Below are positions 37,111 through 46,900 of a DNA stretch of 64,000 nucleotides, piece by piece; position 1 is the first letter of the stretch; each line of letters begins with the position of its first letter. The translations under genes and the position numbers were made by a program. The stretch lies in the NCBI GenBank assembly GCA_965204535.1, contig CBDBEV010000001.1, positions 576,001 through 640,000 of the forward strand, read 5' to 3'. The notes under the pieces were generated by a model that made no database searches, had not been told where the DNA came from, and saw only the letters and a program-made list of their open reading frames with translations. Source of the stretch: a bacterium (GTDB lineage Bacteria; UBA8248).

Positions 37111-38694
37111 CTAAGTTCCCCTCTCAAAGCGATGTACTAGACTTGCCTTGATCTTCTGGTATGCGTCGGGGTCTACAAAGGCATTAATAACATCCAGAAC
37201 CTCCTTGAGAAGCTGCTCTCTCAATCGTGCCTTGAGGCCTTCTAGAAGTTCACTTTCATCAAGCACCTGACCCATCATCAACCGTGCCTTTTCTTCAACT
37301 GTTTTTATATCATCCGCCGCCTCCAGCAAAGAGGCGGCTCTCTGTTTTATACTTTCTCCTTCCTCTATCGTTGCTTCATCCAAATCACCAACAACTTTCT
37401 GAAGTCGTGCTATCTTTCTTCGATGCCGCTTAGCATTGTTCATCAAATCAACAATTTGGTCGTAATTCGTGCGAGGGCCTTTTCCCAGAGTATCCGCCCT
37501 TAACAGCACCTTCCTTACATCTTCGATTACCTTATCGATATCCTGACCACCTTGTTTTGATGCTTCGTACGCATCAGCGGAAAGCGGTTTGCAAACGTTG
37601 ACACACAAACTTTCCTGAATTCCAACCCAGTCTTCAAGCTCTTCAAACCCATCGCGACGAGCATTTGGAATAACCCTTTTCGGGTCAATATAGATTTCGC
37701 CAACATAATAGCTGCTAAAGCGGCTATATGATGGTTTCAGATCCGAAAACAACCTTTCAACAATTTGTGTACCGTCAACTTGAATATTGCGAACACGAAT
37801 TCGTAGTCCTCTTGTATTTCTATCGGTAACTGCTGCCGACTCGCTGAGCCGTCCCACCCAAGCCCAATACCACCCCTCTTCTCCAAGAAAATAGTCTATC
37901 TCTTGCAGGTTCATCGTTCCTTTTGCGTGCTCATATTCTTCGCCATAAGGCTTCACCACTTCCTTTTTTTGGGCATCATGCTCGATCCACACGTCAACTG
38001 TCTCCAAGGCTCTTCCGAAATACTGTTCGTAATTTTTCTGGATATCAGCACTTCTGACCCAGCTTGGATCAAGCTTCACGGGAACCGTTTGGCATAGATA
38101 AGAATATATCTCTTTTGGTCTTCTCAGCGAATCGGGGGCATTCGACAATCCTTCCAAAGTGACCTCGAAGAAATGATCGTCTAAACAACTTTCAACTTCT
38201 TGCTTCTGGAAATCTAATGCATTCATTAGCAACTTTGCCAATTCGAACTCACCACCTCTATCTGGATCCATTGCTCGCAATAAATTCTTACAGTCAAATT
38301 GAATTGTACTTATGGAAGTTTCACCTGGAAAAGTTGTTCGAAATGTAAGCTTGTCACAATACGCCATTCCCGCGAGGCGTCCAATTCCACGAAAGCCTGC
38401 ATCCCGCTCTCGGTCCTTTTTAGAAGCGCCAATCGAAGTAAGCGTTCTCCACGCTTGATTTACCGAAATGCCAAGACCGTTGTCCTTTATAATAAGCGCG
38501 TCTTCTTTCACTTTTACGGCGACACAACCTCTCTCTTCCAGAATTCCCATTCGTTGCGCAGCTCTAATGGAGTCGAATGAGTTTTGAATATATTCTCTAA
38601 GAGTGTGTCGCGGTTCACCATACATGCCTAGCGTTAGAGTTTCTAGAACAAAGGCTCCTATATGAGGCGCAGGATTAGTCGCAGCAGTTTTCAT
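37111..38694 (-). CDS. GHKL (HSP90/MORC-like) ATPase, paralogue of 35235-36713, with coiled-coil tail
   Basis: REYIQNSFD, DNGLG, GFRGIGRLAG, RNIQV, VGEIY, PNARRD. Confidence 0.88.
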   Translation of the reverse strand: MKTAATNPAPHIGAFVLETLTLGMYGEPRHTLREYIQNSFDSIRAAQRMGILEERGCVAVKVKEDALIIKDNGLGISVNQAWRTLTSIGASKKDRERDAGFRGIGRLAGMAYCDKLTFRTTFPGETSISTIQFDCKNLLRAMDPDRGGEFELAKLLMNALDFQKQEVESCLDDHFFEVTLEGLSNAPDSLRRPKEIYSYLCQTVPVKLDPSWVRSADIQKNYEQYFGRALETVDVWIEHDAQKKEVVKPYGEEYEHAKGTMNLQEIDYFLGEEGWYWAWVGRLSESAAVTDRNTRGLRIRVRNIQVDGTQIVERLFSDLKPSYSRFSSYYVGEIYIDPKRVIPNARRDGFEELEDWVGIQESLCVNVCKPLSADAYEASKQGGQDIDKVIEDVRKVLLRADTLGKGPRTNYDQIVDLMNNAKRHRRKIARLQKVVGDLDEATIEEGESIKQRAASLLEAADDIKTVEEKARLMMGQVLDESELLEGLKARLREQLLKEVLDVINAFVDPDAYQKIKASLVHRFERGT

Positions 38695-38716
38695 ATTTTA
38701 GGTCACCTCCTTCTTT

Positions 38717-40588
38717 TTAGCCACAATCATCCTCCTCAAAGTCTGTATCGGAACTTAACCCGCCCGTAGAAAATGCATCCAACCGGACCAAACCAGTGTC
38801 CGCAGACCACTTGTACATTCCTTCGTCATATTCTTCAGTTAGAAGATCGACCGGAATGGCGAATTCATCTCCAATAAGACTGCGAAGTGTTGTTCCAGAA
38901 CATTCATTTCGGACTACGTTACTAAGTAGTGACCTCAATCTCCTGGGATTTGTCTCATGCAAATTCTCGGCTAATGCTTGATGGCCTCCAATGCGAATTT
39001 CAGTAAGTAATAGTGGCTTGCCCTTCTGTCCTTTAAGTGTGTTTAAGGTATAAGGTACCTTCGCACGCTCGCCGCTAGGCAAATATGGTAGCATTGCCCC
39101 TTCATCCATCAGATATTGATTTAGTGCTTGAAACGCTTCGTCTAACCAAGACTCTTTTTCGAGGGCAAACACTGTAGGCAGGAGAGACCTCTTAGGCATG
39201 GTTAGCAACTCTCCCTGCCTAGAAAAATAGGCGGATGTGATCAGACCCAAAACTACTCTGTTTACTCCAAGGGGGTCACTATCCTGTCGTAATCGTTCAA
39301 AAATATCCGGGCTATCTATCAACCACTGGTCTGATCTGTTTAGTATCAGTTCGGCGAGTAGCCTTCCTAGTTGAAATGGATCAAGAATACCCGACTTGAC
39401 TTTGGACAACCAGGTATCCATTTGGTGCGACTTTTCATCAACACTTCCTCTCAGATAGGTGTTCAACTCCGTAGAAATTGTCATCAACATTAATTGCGCA
39501 AGCGAGGGAGGGTCCAAACGATTCACTACCGCAGGTTTACCAATTGCTACATCTTCACTAGGGCTATCCCCATTGGAGTCGCTATCTGAATGTTCAGTGA
39601 CCGGATGTTCGAGAGTCTGATCTTCCACTTTGTCTGCAACGTGGCTGTGCACGTATAAGGCCGTTCGCAATGTAGAGAAAATGCTCTTTTCCCCTGCCAC
39701 ACTTGCTACGTGCTCGTCCGCTAGGACCAAAAAGCGGGGGTGAAGTACCAATATATTGCCTTGCTCTCGCTGAGCAGTTAGCTCATGCACCAGCAGTGGG
39801 TGCGGGCGAACAACATCATACCCGCTATCTTTGTTTGGTTTTTCTTTTACTGACCTTTTTCCTTTTACAAAAGAAGCGGTTGAAACCCAATCCGTTTTTT
39901 CATCACAAGATAGCAGAACAAAATTCATATTGTCGCATGTTCCATGCTTGGAAGGGAGGTCTGCAATAATTTCTTCCCAGATCACCACGTCACCGTAACG
40001 ATTGATTTCTTTCTTGTCCTTATAGCCTGGTGGAACTAGGTGGCTGTATCGGAATTCCCCAGTTTCTTGAAGACGTGCGATGATAGGGTTAAGATTGCTT
40101 CTGAGCACATTTTCGTTAACAAAGGAAATAATTTCTTCAATTGCGTCACTAAGGTATCTATCATCTCTAGTCACATTGATTAAATTTCGCACCCTCGAAA
40201 ATGAGTGTCTAATCTCAGTGACATAACTATCTCGATTAGAGTAACCACGTTCTTTGCAAATTTCATCATCAGCTCTTTCGAGTGCGAGAACCATGAAATC
40301 ATGGATTTTCTTTTCTAAATCCGAGGAAATTTTCCGAATGTCATTTCTAGTGCTCTCCTGAACAATATGACGATGAAATTCATGAGCCGCCCAAACCGGA
40401 ACACGAATAGAACCTTCCGTCCTAGTATTACACCAACCTATAAATTCCTTCCGAGCAGTCACACCTAGCCGGACCAGAAGCATCAGCAATGAAGTATCCA
40501 AGTAATAGATTGTATTGTTTGACTGAAACGTTTCGGCTACCTCATCCATGAACTCATCATAGTCCCGAATGAATGGATCTAATTTCAT
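38717..40588 (-). CDS. PIN-like (DUF4935-type) nuclease domain protein with large unknown C-terminal region
   Basis: YLDTS, VP.W..HEF, PPGYKD, YGD.VIW.EI, SCDEK.DW. Confidence 0.8.
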   Translation of the reverse strand: MKLDPFIRDYDEFMDEVAETFQSNNTIYYLDTSLLMLLVRLGVTARKEFIGWCNTRTEGSIRVPVWAAHEFHRHIVQESTRNDIRKISSDLEKKIHDFMVLALERADDEICKERGYSNRDSYVTEIRHSFSRVRNLINVTRDDRYLSDAIEEIISFVNENVLRSNLNPIIARLQETGEFRYSHLVPPGYKDKKEINRYGDVVIWEEIIADLPSKHGTCDNMNFVLLSCDEKTDWVSTASFVKGKRSVKEKPNKDSGYDVVRPHPLLVHELTAQREQGNILVLHPRFLVLADEHVASVAGEKSIFSTLRTALYVHSHVADKVEDQTLEHPVTEHSDSDSNGDSPSEDVAIGKPAVVNRLDPPSLAQLMLMTISTELNTYLRGSVDEKSHQMDTWLSKVKSGILDPFQLGRLLAELILNRSDQWLIDSPDIFERLRQDSDPLGVNRVVLGLITSAYFSRQGELLTMPKRSLLPTVFALEKESWLDEAFQALNQYLMDEGAMLPYLPSGERAKVPYTLNTLKGQKGKPLLLTEIRIGGHQALAENLHETNPRRLRSLLSNVVRNECSGTTLRSLIGDEFAIPVDLLTEEYDEGMYKWSADTGLVRLDAFSTGGLSSDTDFEEDDCG

Positions 40589-41709
40589 CTAACACTCCAG
40601 CATTTAGTCACACTTAGTAATATTTGATAAGGAGAATTGTTGCGCACTAGAAACGGTAGATGAGGGAAAAAGAGCATAACCTCTCAACACAACTCGCAAA
40701 TGCGAAAACGAAAAACATAAACTTATCATGCCGCTTTTATGTAATATTCATTTTGATTGTGCTTGGTCTAATTATTCCCGTTCTGCAACTTGTGGTCATT
40801 GTGCACACTCGACAACCACGCAACCCCTTGATGTTTTATCCATTCCAGCGGCCACAAGCCAGCAGTCGAGAAAGAGTCCATTATCACTTGTAAGCGATTA
40901 ACTTTAATATACTGGCCTCCGAGAGGCGTATTTGGATTTTGACAACCCCATTTCAGCAGGATGCGCCGCCTTCTTCAATTCAGCCCATACACAAGACCTG
41001 AGTGTAACTCCGTATTTGTCACATTCTATCACAGTACTGGTCAAGGAACTGCCAACCTGCTCACCGCATCACTAAGTGTCCTGCCGAGTTATAGAGTAGG
41101 CATCTTTGACGCAGTGACCGAGACGGAATCACCCGTGTAGAAGTGTCGACCGGCATGGGTTTGCCTACTTATCAACCGGAACGCCCCGAAGCAAGCGAGT
41201 GAACCATGCTAGCTACCACATGCCATGCGAGCACATCATGGTTGGTTCGCCCTATTCCTAGTATCGGGCAGGCGTTAATAAAGGCAAACTGTGGAATGTG
41301 CCGCCAAACTGTGTGCGCGGTCTGTCCGGCATATGACGCATCAAGACAGGCACAGCTTAGGAGGTGGCGTCGGCGATGTGTGCGGCGACCAGTTTATGGC
41401 TGTGAGATTGAATGACAAGTTTATCCAGCACCTCGGAGGCGGACTGAGCGGCGAATATGGTTTCTAATACTGCGCGAAAAACGTGCACGGTGGCATAGCG
41501 AAGCGCCCAGACGGTTTTTATTGTAGGCTTCGACAGTGCTTGGAAAAGAGTTCTTTAAGATGATCAACGACGGCGTAAAGCGAGTCGAGCAACTCTGGAA
41601 CTTCGCTAAATTGGTCGCGGCTAACGGCGGTTCGCGCTTCCTTAGTGGACCTATTGCGTCAGAGCCGTGCACGAATTCAAAGTTCGTCGCCGACGCAACG
41701 CGAGTGAAT

Positions 41710-42018
41710 TTATCCAGTATATCCGAGTTTACCTGACAATTCCGGCGCGACCTCGGAGATATTCCTGCTGATTTGATCTATCTCTTCATCTCGTCCGTCC
41801 CTTTCCATGTCGCGGATGATGGCCTGCGCGGTGAACATCGCCGACCGCAACAGGTGGATTTCCGTCTCCGTGCGGGGCCATTCGCGGCGCTCCAGAGCTT
41901 CCATCACACACTCTACCACCAGTCGGTTGGGCGACATTTCGCGCTTTTCGGCCTCACTTTCAATTCGTTTCCACTGTTCCGGCGTGACTCTGATGTTCTT
42001 CTGTATCGTCTGAACCAT
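41710..42018 (-). CDS. ribbon-helix-helix protein, probable relaxosome accessory factor
   Basis: QKNIRVTPEQWKRIE.EA....SPNRLV RHH pattern; AGGAG RBS; adjacent to the oriT candidate. Confidence 0.65.
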   Translation of the reverse strand: MVQTIQKNIRVTPEQWKRIESEAEKREMSPNRLVVECVMEALERREWPRTETEIHLLRSAMFTAQAIIRDMERDGRDEEIDQISRNISEVAPELSGKLGYTG

Positions 42019-42148
42019 CCGTTTCGCCGCTCCTGTCGTGAAGATTTTCATCCGTTCCGGTCGCAAAACGACCGCAAAATTCTCATTTTCTGCACCAAAC
42101 ACACCCGCCTCGGGCCCAAGAATCATACCCGTTACGCTGTTTCATGAA

Positions 42149-42268
42149 CTACCAAAATGGTAGCCATCATAGCGCAGCGCACCTCCGAGCACTACCAATC
42201 TGGTATCTGACAGGAACTCCCCGTATTACACCGTATGCCATGAGCATACGCCTCTTGTGAGTCACAAG
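42149..42268. repeat. cluster of four short inverted repeats between the RHH gene and nic
   Basis: CTACCA-AAA-TGGTAG (42149), TACCA-ATC-TGGTA (42193), CGTATGC-N5-GCATACG (42232), CTTGTGA-G-TCACAAG (42254). Confidence 0.7.
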
Positions 42269-42385
42269 GAATTCAATGAGATACGGGCGTGTTACGTCGT
42301 AATACGCTCTCCCAGCGAAAGCGGGACGGTATTTGGCGTCGTTTGCGCAAGGGATGGCATGCCTGGCGCACGATTGACTTGCACC

Positions 42386-42410
42386 CGCAGCCCGCTGCGT
42401 GGGGTGTGAA
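42386..42410 (+). other. oriT / nic site, F-like
   Basis: Hairpin CGCAGC-CC-GCTGCG running into TGCGTGGGGTGT^G, matching the F nic core; predicted nick 42407/42408. Confidence 0.75.
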
Positions 42411-42665
42411 ACCCGAAGCGCCGAATGGCGTCAGATTGCCGGATTCGTGAGAACGAGAGATGGGGGAACGTGTGCCGGAGAGAATGGCGAGCGGGAGCCG
42501 CCGCGGCGCTTGAGCGGACAGAGCGAGGGGTAAGAGGGGTGAGAGTGCTGAACCTTGCGCCTGGATTCACAAGCGGCAGGCGAACAGGGCGCTGCAGCTC
42601 GCGCTTTTAATCACAAGCAGTCGAACGACACGGGAAGCGATGGGCCGCGCCGCCGCCGGGCGACG

Positions 42666-44447
42666 GAGACTGTGAAAGTATTCCCACGATTCTGGTGGGT
42701 GACGCTGGCGAGCGATGCCCGGGTTGTCTGTACATGCTATCTTTACCGGTGAGTGAGATAACCACATAAAGGGTCACCACCATGTCCGAGAGACGTTATC
42801 AGGAGGTGCAGTCCCGAAGCCAGATGATGCTGCTTCCGCCGTGTCTGGACGACTACGTGTCCGAGCACAATGCGGTGCGCGCGATCGATGCGTTCGTCGG
42901 CACGCTGGACCTGGAGGCGCTGGGGTTCGCGCATGCCGAAGCGAACTGCGGCGCCGGTCAGCCGGCTTTCGACCCGGCGCTGCTGCTGAAGCTGTATCTG
43001 TACGGCTACCAGCACCGGGTACGGAGTTCGCGCCGTCTCGAAGCGGAGACGCGGCGCAATCTGGAAGTGATCTGGCTGTGCCAGGGTGCGACGCCGAGCT
43101 ACAAGACGATTGCGGATTTTCGCAAGAACAATGTGGCTGCGCTGCAGGAGGCCAACCGGGAGTTCGTGCTGCTGTGCCGCGAACTCTCGCTGCTGGGCGG
43201 CAGCCGGGTGGCGGTCGACGGGACTTTTTTGAAGGCCGATGCGAACCTGGACAGCTTCCAAACCAAGCGGTCCCTGGCAAGGGACCTGAGGCGTTTGGAG
43301 AAGAGGATTGCGGCGTATCACCGGCAGTTGGACGAGGCGGATGCGCGCGGGGAGGAGTGTGGGGACGGTTCGGAGGATCCGGACCTGCCGGTGAAGCTCA
43401 AGGCCTTGATCGAGAGGCAACAAAAGAAGAAGGCACTGCAAGAGCATTTGCAGGAAAGCGGAGAGCGTCAGGTATCGGGGGTCGATGCAGATGCTCGACT
43501 TCTGAGGAACGGCGATATAATGGTGGGCGGATACAACTGCCAGATCGCGGTGGACGACAAGCACAAGCTGATTGTCGCGGAGGATGTGGTGCAGGACGGC
43601 AATGACTCCGCTCAGTTGGAGCCGATGATGACGAAAGCCGGCGAAGCCATGGGCAGCGAACGCCTGGTCGGCCTGGCGGATTCGGGCTACTTCAACGGCG
43701 CACAGTTGAAGAGTTGCGAAGACAAGGGAATGGAGGTGTATGTTCCGATACCGAACCAGACGGCCCGCAAGGGCAAGGACGGACGATTCGGCAGCGATGA
43801 ATTCCGTTACGATGCGCAGGATGACACGTATGTCTGTCCGGCCGGAGAGCGTCTGGTTCGAGGCGGCACGACCACCGTCAGGGGCAGGCTGTATTACTTT
43901 TATCGCGGGACGGCGGCGGTTTGCCGGGACTGTTCGTTGTCGGGCCGATGCCTGACAAAGTCGAGATCGACGCGCAGGATACAACGCTGGGAGCATGAGG
44001 ACGTGGTGGACCGGCATCGCAAGAAGATGAACGCCCGTGTGCCATTGATGCGCGGGCGAAGCACACTCGTCGAACATCCATTCGGTACGATCAAGCGCTG
44101 GGCGGGGATGGATCATTTTGTGATGCGCGGACTCGGCAAATGCCGCGGCGAATTCAGCCTGATGACGCTGGGTTACAACTTCAAGCGGGTCATGCGTGTG
44201 CTGGGCGGAGCTGCATTTGTGGAGCATTGTCTGCAAAAACAGCGGTTGGGGACGAATGGCGTGTGAACTTGAAGCCGATTCTTCGAGGACTTGACCGCGA
44301 CCCCGAGCTGACCGGCCGCCGAGACGTTTCTCTCCCGGCTCTGCGGTGTTGTTGCTCCCGAAGTTGAAGACAGTGTCCGGCCATCGGGCTGCAAGCGTAA
44401 GCGAGCCCTGTTCCGGAGACTGTGAAATCCAATACTCTCACAGTCTC
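42666..44447 (+). mobile_element. IS1182-family element
   Basis: 17-bp IRs GAGACTGTGAAAGTATT / AATACTCTCACAGTCTC (1 mismatch); 12-bp direct repeat CGCCGGGCGACG at 42654-42665 and 44448-44459. Confidence 0.92.
42782..44266 (+). CDS. IS1182 DDE transposase
   Basis: LLKLYLYGY, SSRRLE, TIADFR, VDGT, ADSGY, VEHPFGTIK. Confidence 0.93.
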   Translation: MSERRYQEVQSRSQMMLLPPCLDDYVSEHNAVRAIDAFVGTLDLEALGFAHAEANCGAGQPAFDPALLLKLYLYGYQHRVRSSRRLEAETRRNLEVIWLCQGATPSYKTIADFRKNNVAALQEANREFVLLCRELSLLGGSRVAVDGTFLKADANLDSFQTKRSLARDLRRLEKRIAAYHRQLDEADARGEECGDGSEDPDLPVKLKALIERQQKKKALQEHLQESGERQVSGVDADARLLRNGDIMVGGYNCQIAVDDKHKLIVAEDVVQDGNDSAQLEPMMTKAGEAMGSERLVGLADSGYFNGAQLKSCEDKGMEVYVPIPNQTARKGKDGRFGSDEFRYDAQDDTYVCPAGERLVRGGTTTVRGRLYYFYRGTAAVCRDCSLSGRCLTKSRSTRRIQRWEHEDVVDRHRKKMNARVPLMRGRSTLVEHPFGTIKRWAGMDHFVMRGLGKCRGEFSLMTLGYNFKRVMRVLGGAAFVEHCLQKQRLGTNGV

Positions 44448-44485
44448 CGCCGGGCGACGACGACGCGACCCGAGGAGTGTTCACA

Positions 44486-45439
44486 TCAGGCGGCCACGCG
44501 TTGCACGGGGATACCGAGGGTGCGGGCCTTGTCGACGAGGTTGTCGGTGATGCCCGAACCGGGGAACGCGATCACGCCCTTGGGGAGGAGGGAGAGCAGC
44601 TCGTCGTTGCGCCGGAAGGGAGCGGCCCGACCGTGTGCGTCCCAGTCGGGCTTGCAGACGATCTGGTGGACGCCGTTCCGCTCGGCCCATCCTGCCGCGA
44701 CCTTCTCGGCGCCGGGGCCGCCGCCGTGGACGAGGACGACGTCGGCGTACTTGGCTTTCAGCTTGTCGAGCTGGCCGATGATTTTACCCGCGTCGGTGGC
44801 TTCCTTGCCGCCCGCGACGGCGACGAGGGTTCCCTGGGGGAGGTGGGCCGTGTTCTCGCGGTCCTTTCTCGCGCGCTGGAAATCGCGCGCCTCGATCACC
44901 GCAGAGGTCAGCTTGCCGGTCTGCGAGACGTGCGATCCTCGCCTGGGCCGCCATACCTCGCCGGTCTCGACGCGGTAGGCCTCGGCGGCCGTGTCGCGCA
45001 GTCCTTCGAAGGCGTCGCGGCGGGCGGTGAGATTCCCGGCGCGGTCGGTGGCGAGTTCGAGTTCGCGAGACCTGATCTCGGAGCCGTCCTGCTCGCGCTG
45101 CATTTCACGGATGCCGGGGATGAGCTTGTCGGCGGCGCGGTCGAGCCGCTGTGTCTGGGCGTCGAGGGTGTTGACGAAGCCCCACAGGAGACTCGCCCGC
45201 TCGTCGGCGAGTTGCGTTCCGTCGGGTGCGGCTTCAGCGAGTGCGGCGAATGCCTTGAGGACGGCGGCGGTGGACTCCGCCTCGCCCCAGACGGGCCGGT
45301 TGTCGAACTCGTCCGGTCCGGGGGTGGCGCCGAAGAGTGCTGCCTGTTCGCAGACCATGGCGGTGAAGGATTCGTTCTGCGCTTCGATGTTGTCGACCTC
45401 GTGCATGATCATCTCCTTGTGTGTCTCGGTGGCGTTCAT
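44486..45439 (-). CDS. DUF2493 / SLOG-family protein
   Basis: LLWGFVN, W.PR.GS, VAGG, LVHGG..GAE, AAPFRRND, FPGSGIT.NL. Confidence 0.8.
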   Translation of the reverse strand: MNATETHKEMIMHEVDNIEAQNESFTAMVCEQAALFGATPGPDEFDNRPVWGEAESTAAVLKAFAALAEAAPDGTQLADERASLLWGFVNTLDAQTQRLDRAADKLIPGIREMQREQDGSEIRSRELELATDRAGNLTARRDAFEGLRDTAAEAYRVETGEVWRPRRGSHVSQTGKLTSAVIEARDFQRARKDRENTAHLPQGTLVAVAGGKEATDAGKIIGQLDKLKAKYADVVLVHGGGPGAEKVAAGWAERNGVHQIVCKPDWDAHGRAAPFRRNDELLSLLPKGVIAFPGSGITDNLVDKARTLGIPVQRVAA

Positions 45440-45460
45440 CGTTCACTCCTTTCGTTGTCC

Positions 45461-45835
45461 TCAAGCGAGGGGATGGTTGAATTCGGGAAGAGCGTAGCCA
45501 CGCTCGTTGCGCCCCACTTCTTTCGGCATCTCGTCGAGATACCTGGCGGCCCACTCGGCGGCGCGCGCGAGTACGTCGCCGTGGCACGGGAGGGGATGGC
45601 AGTGGCAGCCGAGCTCGCAGCCATGGAGGTCGGCGAGTTCGTAGAGGTCCTGCTCCTGACGCCGGATTCTTTCCCACAGCCATTGCCGGTACTTCTCGAT
45701 GACGTCGTCGCGCTCGCCGTCCTTGCCGACCCGGAAGGGGTTTCCCCACTTCGTCCTGCGGTCGATCCTGACCAGCAATCCGCCGCCGAATTGAGGCGCA
45801 ACGTAGTCGTTCAGGTTCACCACGGTGGTTTCCAT
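45461..45835 (-). CDS. DUF4326 domain protein
   Basis: IDR.TKWGNPF, L.G..LGCHC.PLPCHGDVL. Confidence 0.85.
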   Translation of the reverse strand: METTVVNLNDYVAPQFGGGLLVRIDRRTKWGNPFRVGKDGERDDVIEKYRQWLWERIRRQEQDLYELADLHGCELGCHCHPLPCHGDVLARAAEWAARYLDEMPKEVGRNERGYALPEFNHPLA

Positions 45836-45870
45836 GCCTTTCTCCTTCGTAGAGAGTTAACGGATGCGCT

Positions 45871-46061
45871 TCTTAGCGCCCCATTTTCAGCACGTGCTAG
45901 GCGTGGGCGTCAGGGGCGGTTTTCAGTCTTTTTTCACCCGGAGGGCGCGCAGCGGAAAAAATCCACGCTTCACCGATTTTTTCTGAAAAAAGATGCTTTT
46001 GCGTTTTTTGCAAAAGCACCCTTGACCCCGCGCCGTGCGTGCTAAAATGGGGACGCTAAGA
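45871..46061 (-). promoter_or_regulatory. Frpo-like single-stranded promoter (long imperfect hairpin)
   Basis: Arms 45871-45923 and 46012-46061 pair; the right arm carries TTGACC-N15-TAAAAT with an extended TG. Confidence 0.65.
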
Positions 46062-46344
46062 GAGAGAGGGTAGTACCGCCACCGGGACACAAGAGCCTCT
46101 GGTGTTTCACGATGAAGGCGAAGCTCATCGGGAAACAATCTCTTATGCTGCGGAAAGGGTCATTTCGGGCCGTTTTTCCGGCCCGAAATTCCCGCAGCGG
46201 GGGGTGGACTGAGCCACTATTCAGAATATGGGATGATTGCAGGTCCAAGCCGATCTTCCGGGAACATGGTTCATCGTTCACGGAACCGGAGATTTACCAG
46301 GTGTTCCCGGTAGACGAGAGAGCAGGCACCTCTGGATCACGATC

Positions 46345-46378
46345 AAAAAAAGGGGCCGACGCCGAAGCGCCGACCCCT
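46345..46378 (-). terminator. intrinsic terminator downstream of ssb
   Basis: GC stem-loop followed by a T7 run on the minus strand. Confidence 0.65.
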
Positions 46379-46385
46379 AGTGAGC

Positions 46386-46823
46386 CTAGAACGGGATGTC
46401 GTCCCCGGCTACGCCTGCGGGCACCGTCGCCTCGGCGTGCGCGCCGTTACCGTTGCCATTGCCGTTCCCGTTCACCTTGTCCAGGAACTGGACACGCCCG
46501 CCCGGGGCGATCAGGATCTCGGTCGAGAACCGATCGGAGTCCTCCTCGTCCTTCTTCCAGCGGCGGGTCTGGAGCTTGCCCGCGACGTAGACCAGGCGGC
46601 CCTTCTTCGCGTGCTTCTCGAACATATCGACCAGCCCGGGCTGGAAGGTGACGACCCGGTGCCACTCGGTCTTGTCCACCCGCTCGCCGGACTGCTTATC
46701 GATGTAGCCCTCGTCCGTCGCGATGGACAGGTTGGCGACGCGGCCGCCGCTCGTGAGGTGGTTGATGTCGGCGTCGGCGCCGAGACGCCCGATCAGTTCC
46801 GCTCTGTTGAGTCCGAATGCCAT
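46386..46823 (-). CDS. ssb: single-stranded DNA-binding protein
   Basis: LNRAELIGRLG.D, TEWHRVV, G.LQTRRW, C-terminal DDIPF. Confidence 0.96.
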   Translation of the reverse strand: MAFGLNRAELIGRLGADADINHLTSGGRVANLSIATDEGYIDKQSGERVDKTEWHRVVTFQPGLVDMFEKHAKKGRLVYVAGKLQTRRWKKDEEDSDRFSTEILIAPGGRVQFLDKVNGNGNGNGNGAHAEATVPAGVAGDDIPF

Positions 46824-46900
46824 GATGATTCTCCTTCGTGGTGTGAGTGTGAAAAAGTGATGAGAGGGAGAGAGCCTTTCTCTCCACCCCCCGGTTCGCC

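Noticed and set aside
41510-41560. FIVGFDSAW snippet resembling a DUF429 N-terminus
   Set aside because: Bounded by stops within a few codons; too short to support
46443-46475. Asn-Gly microrepeat in ssb
   Set aside because: Ordinary low-complexity SSB linker
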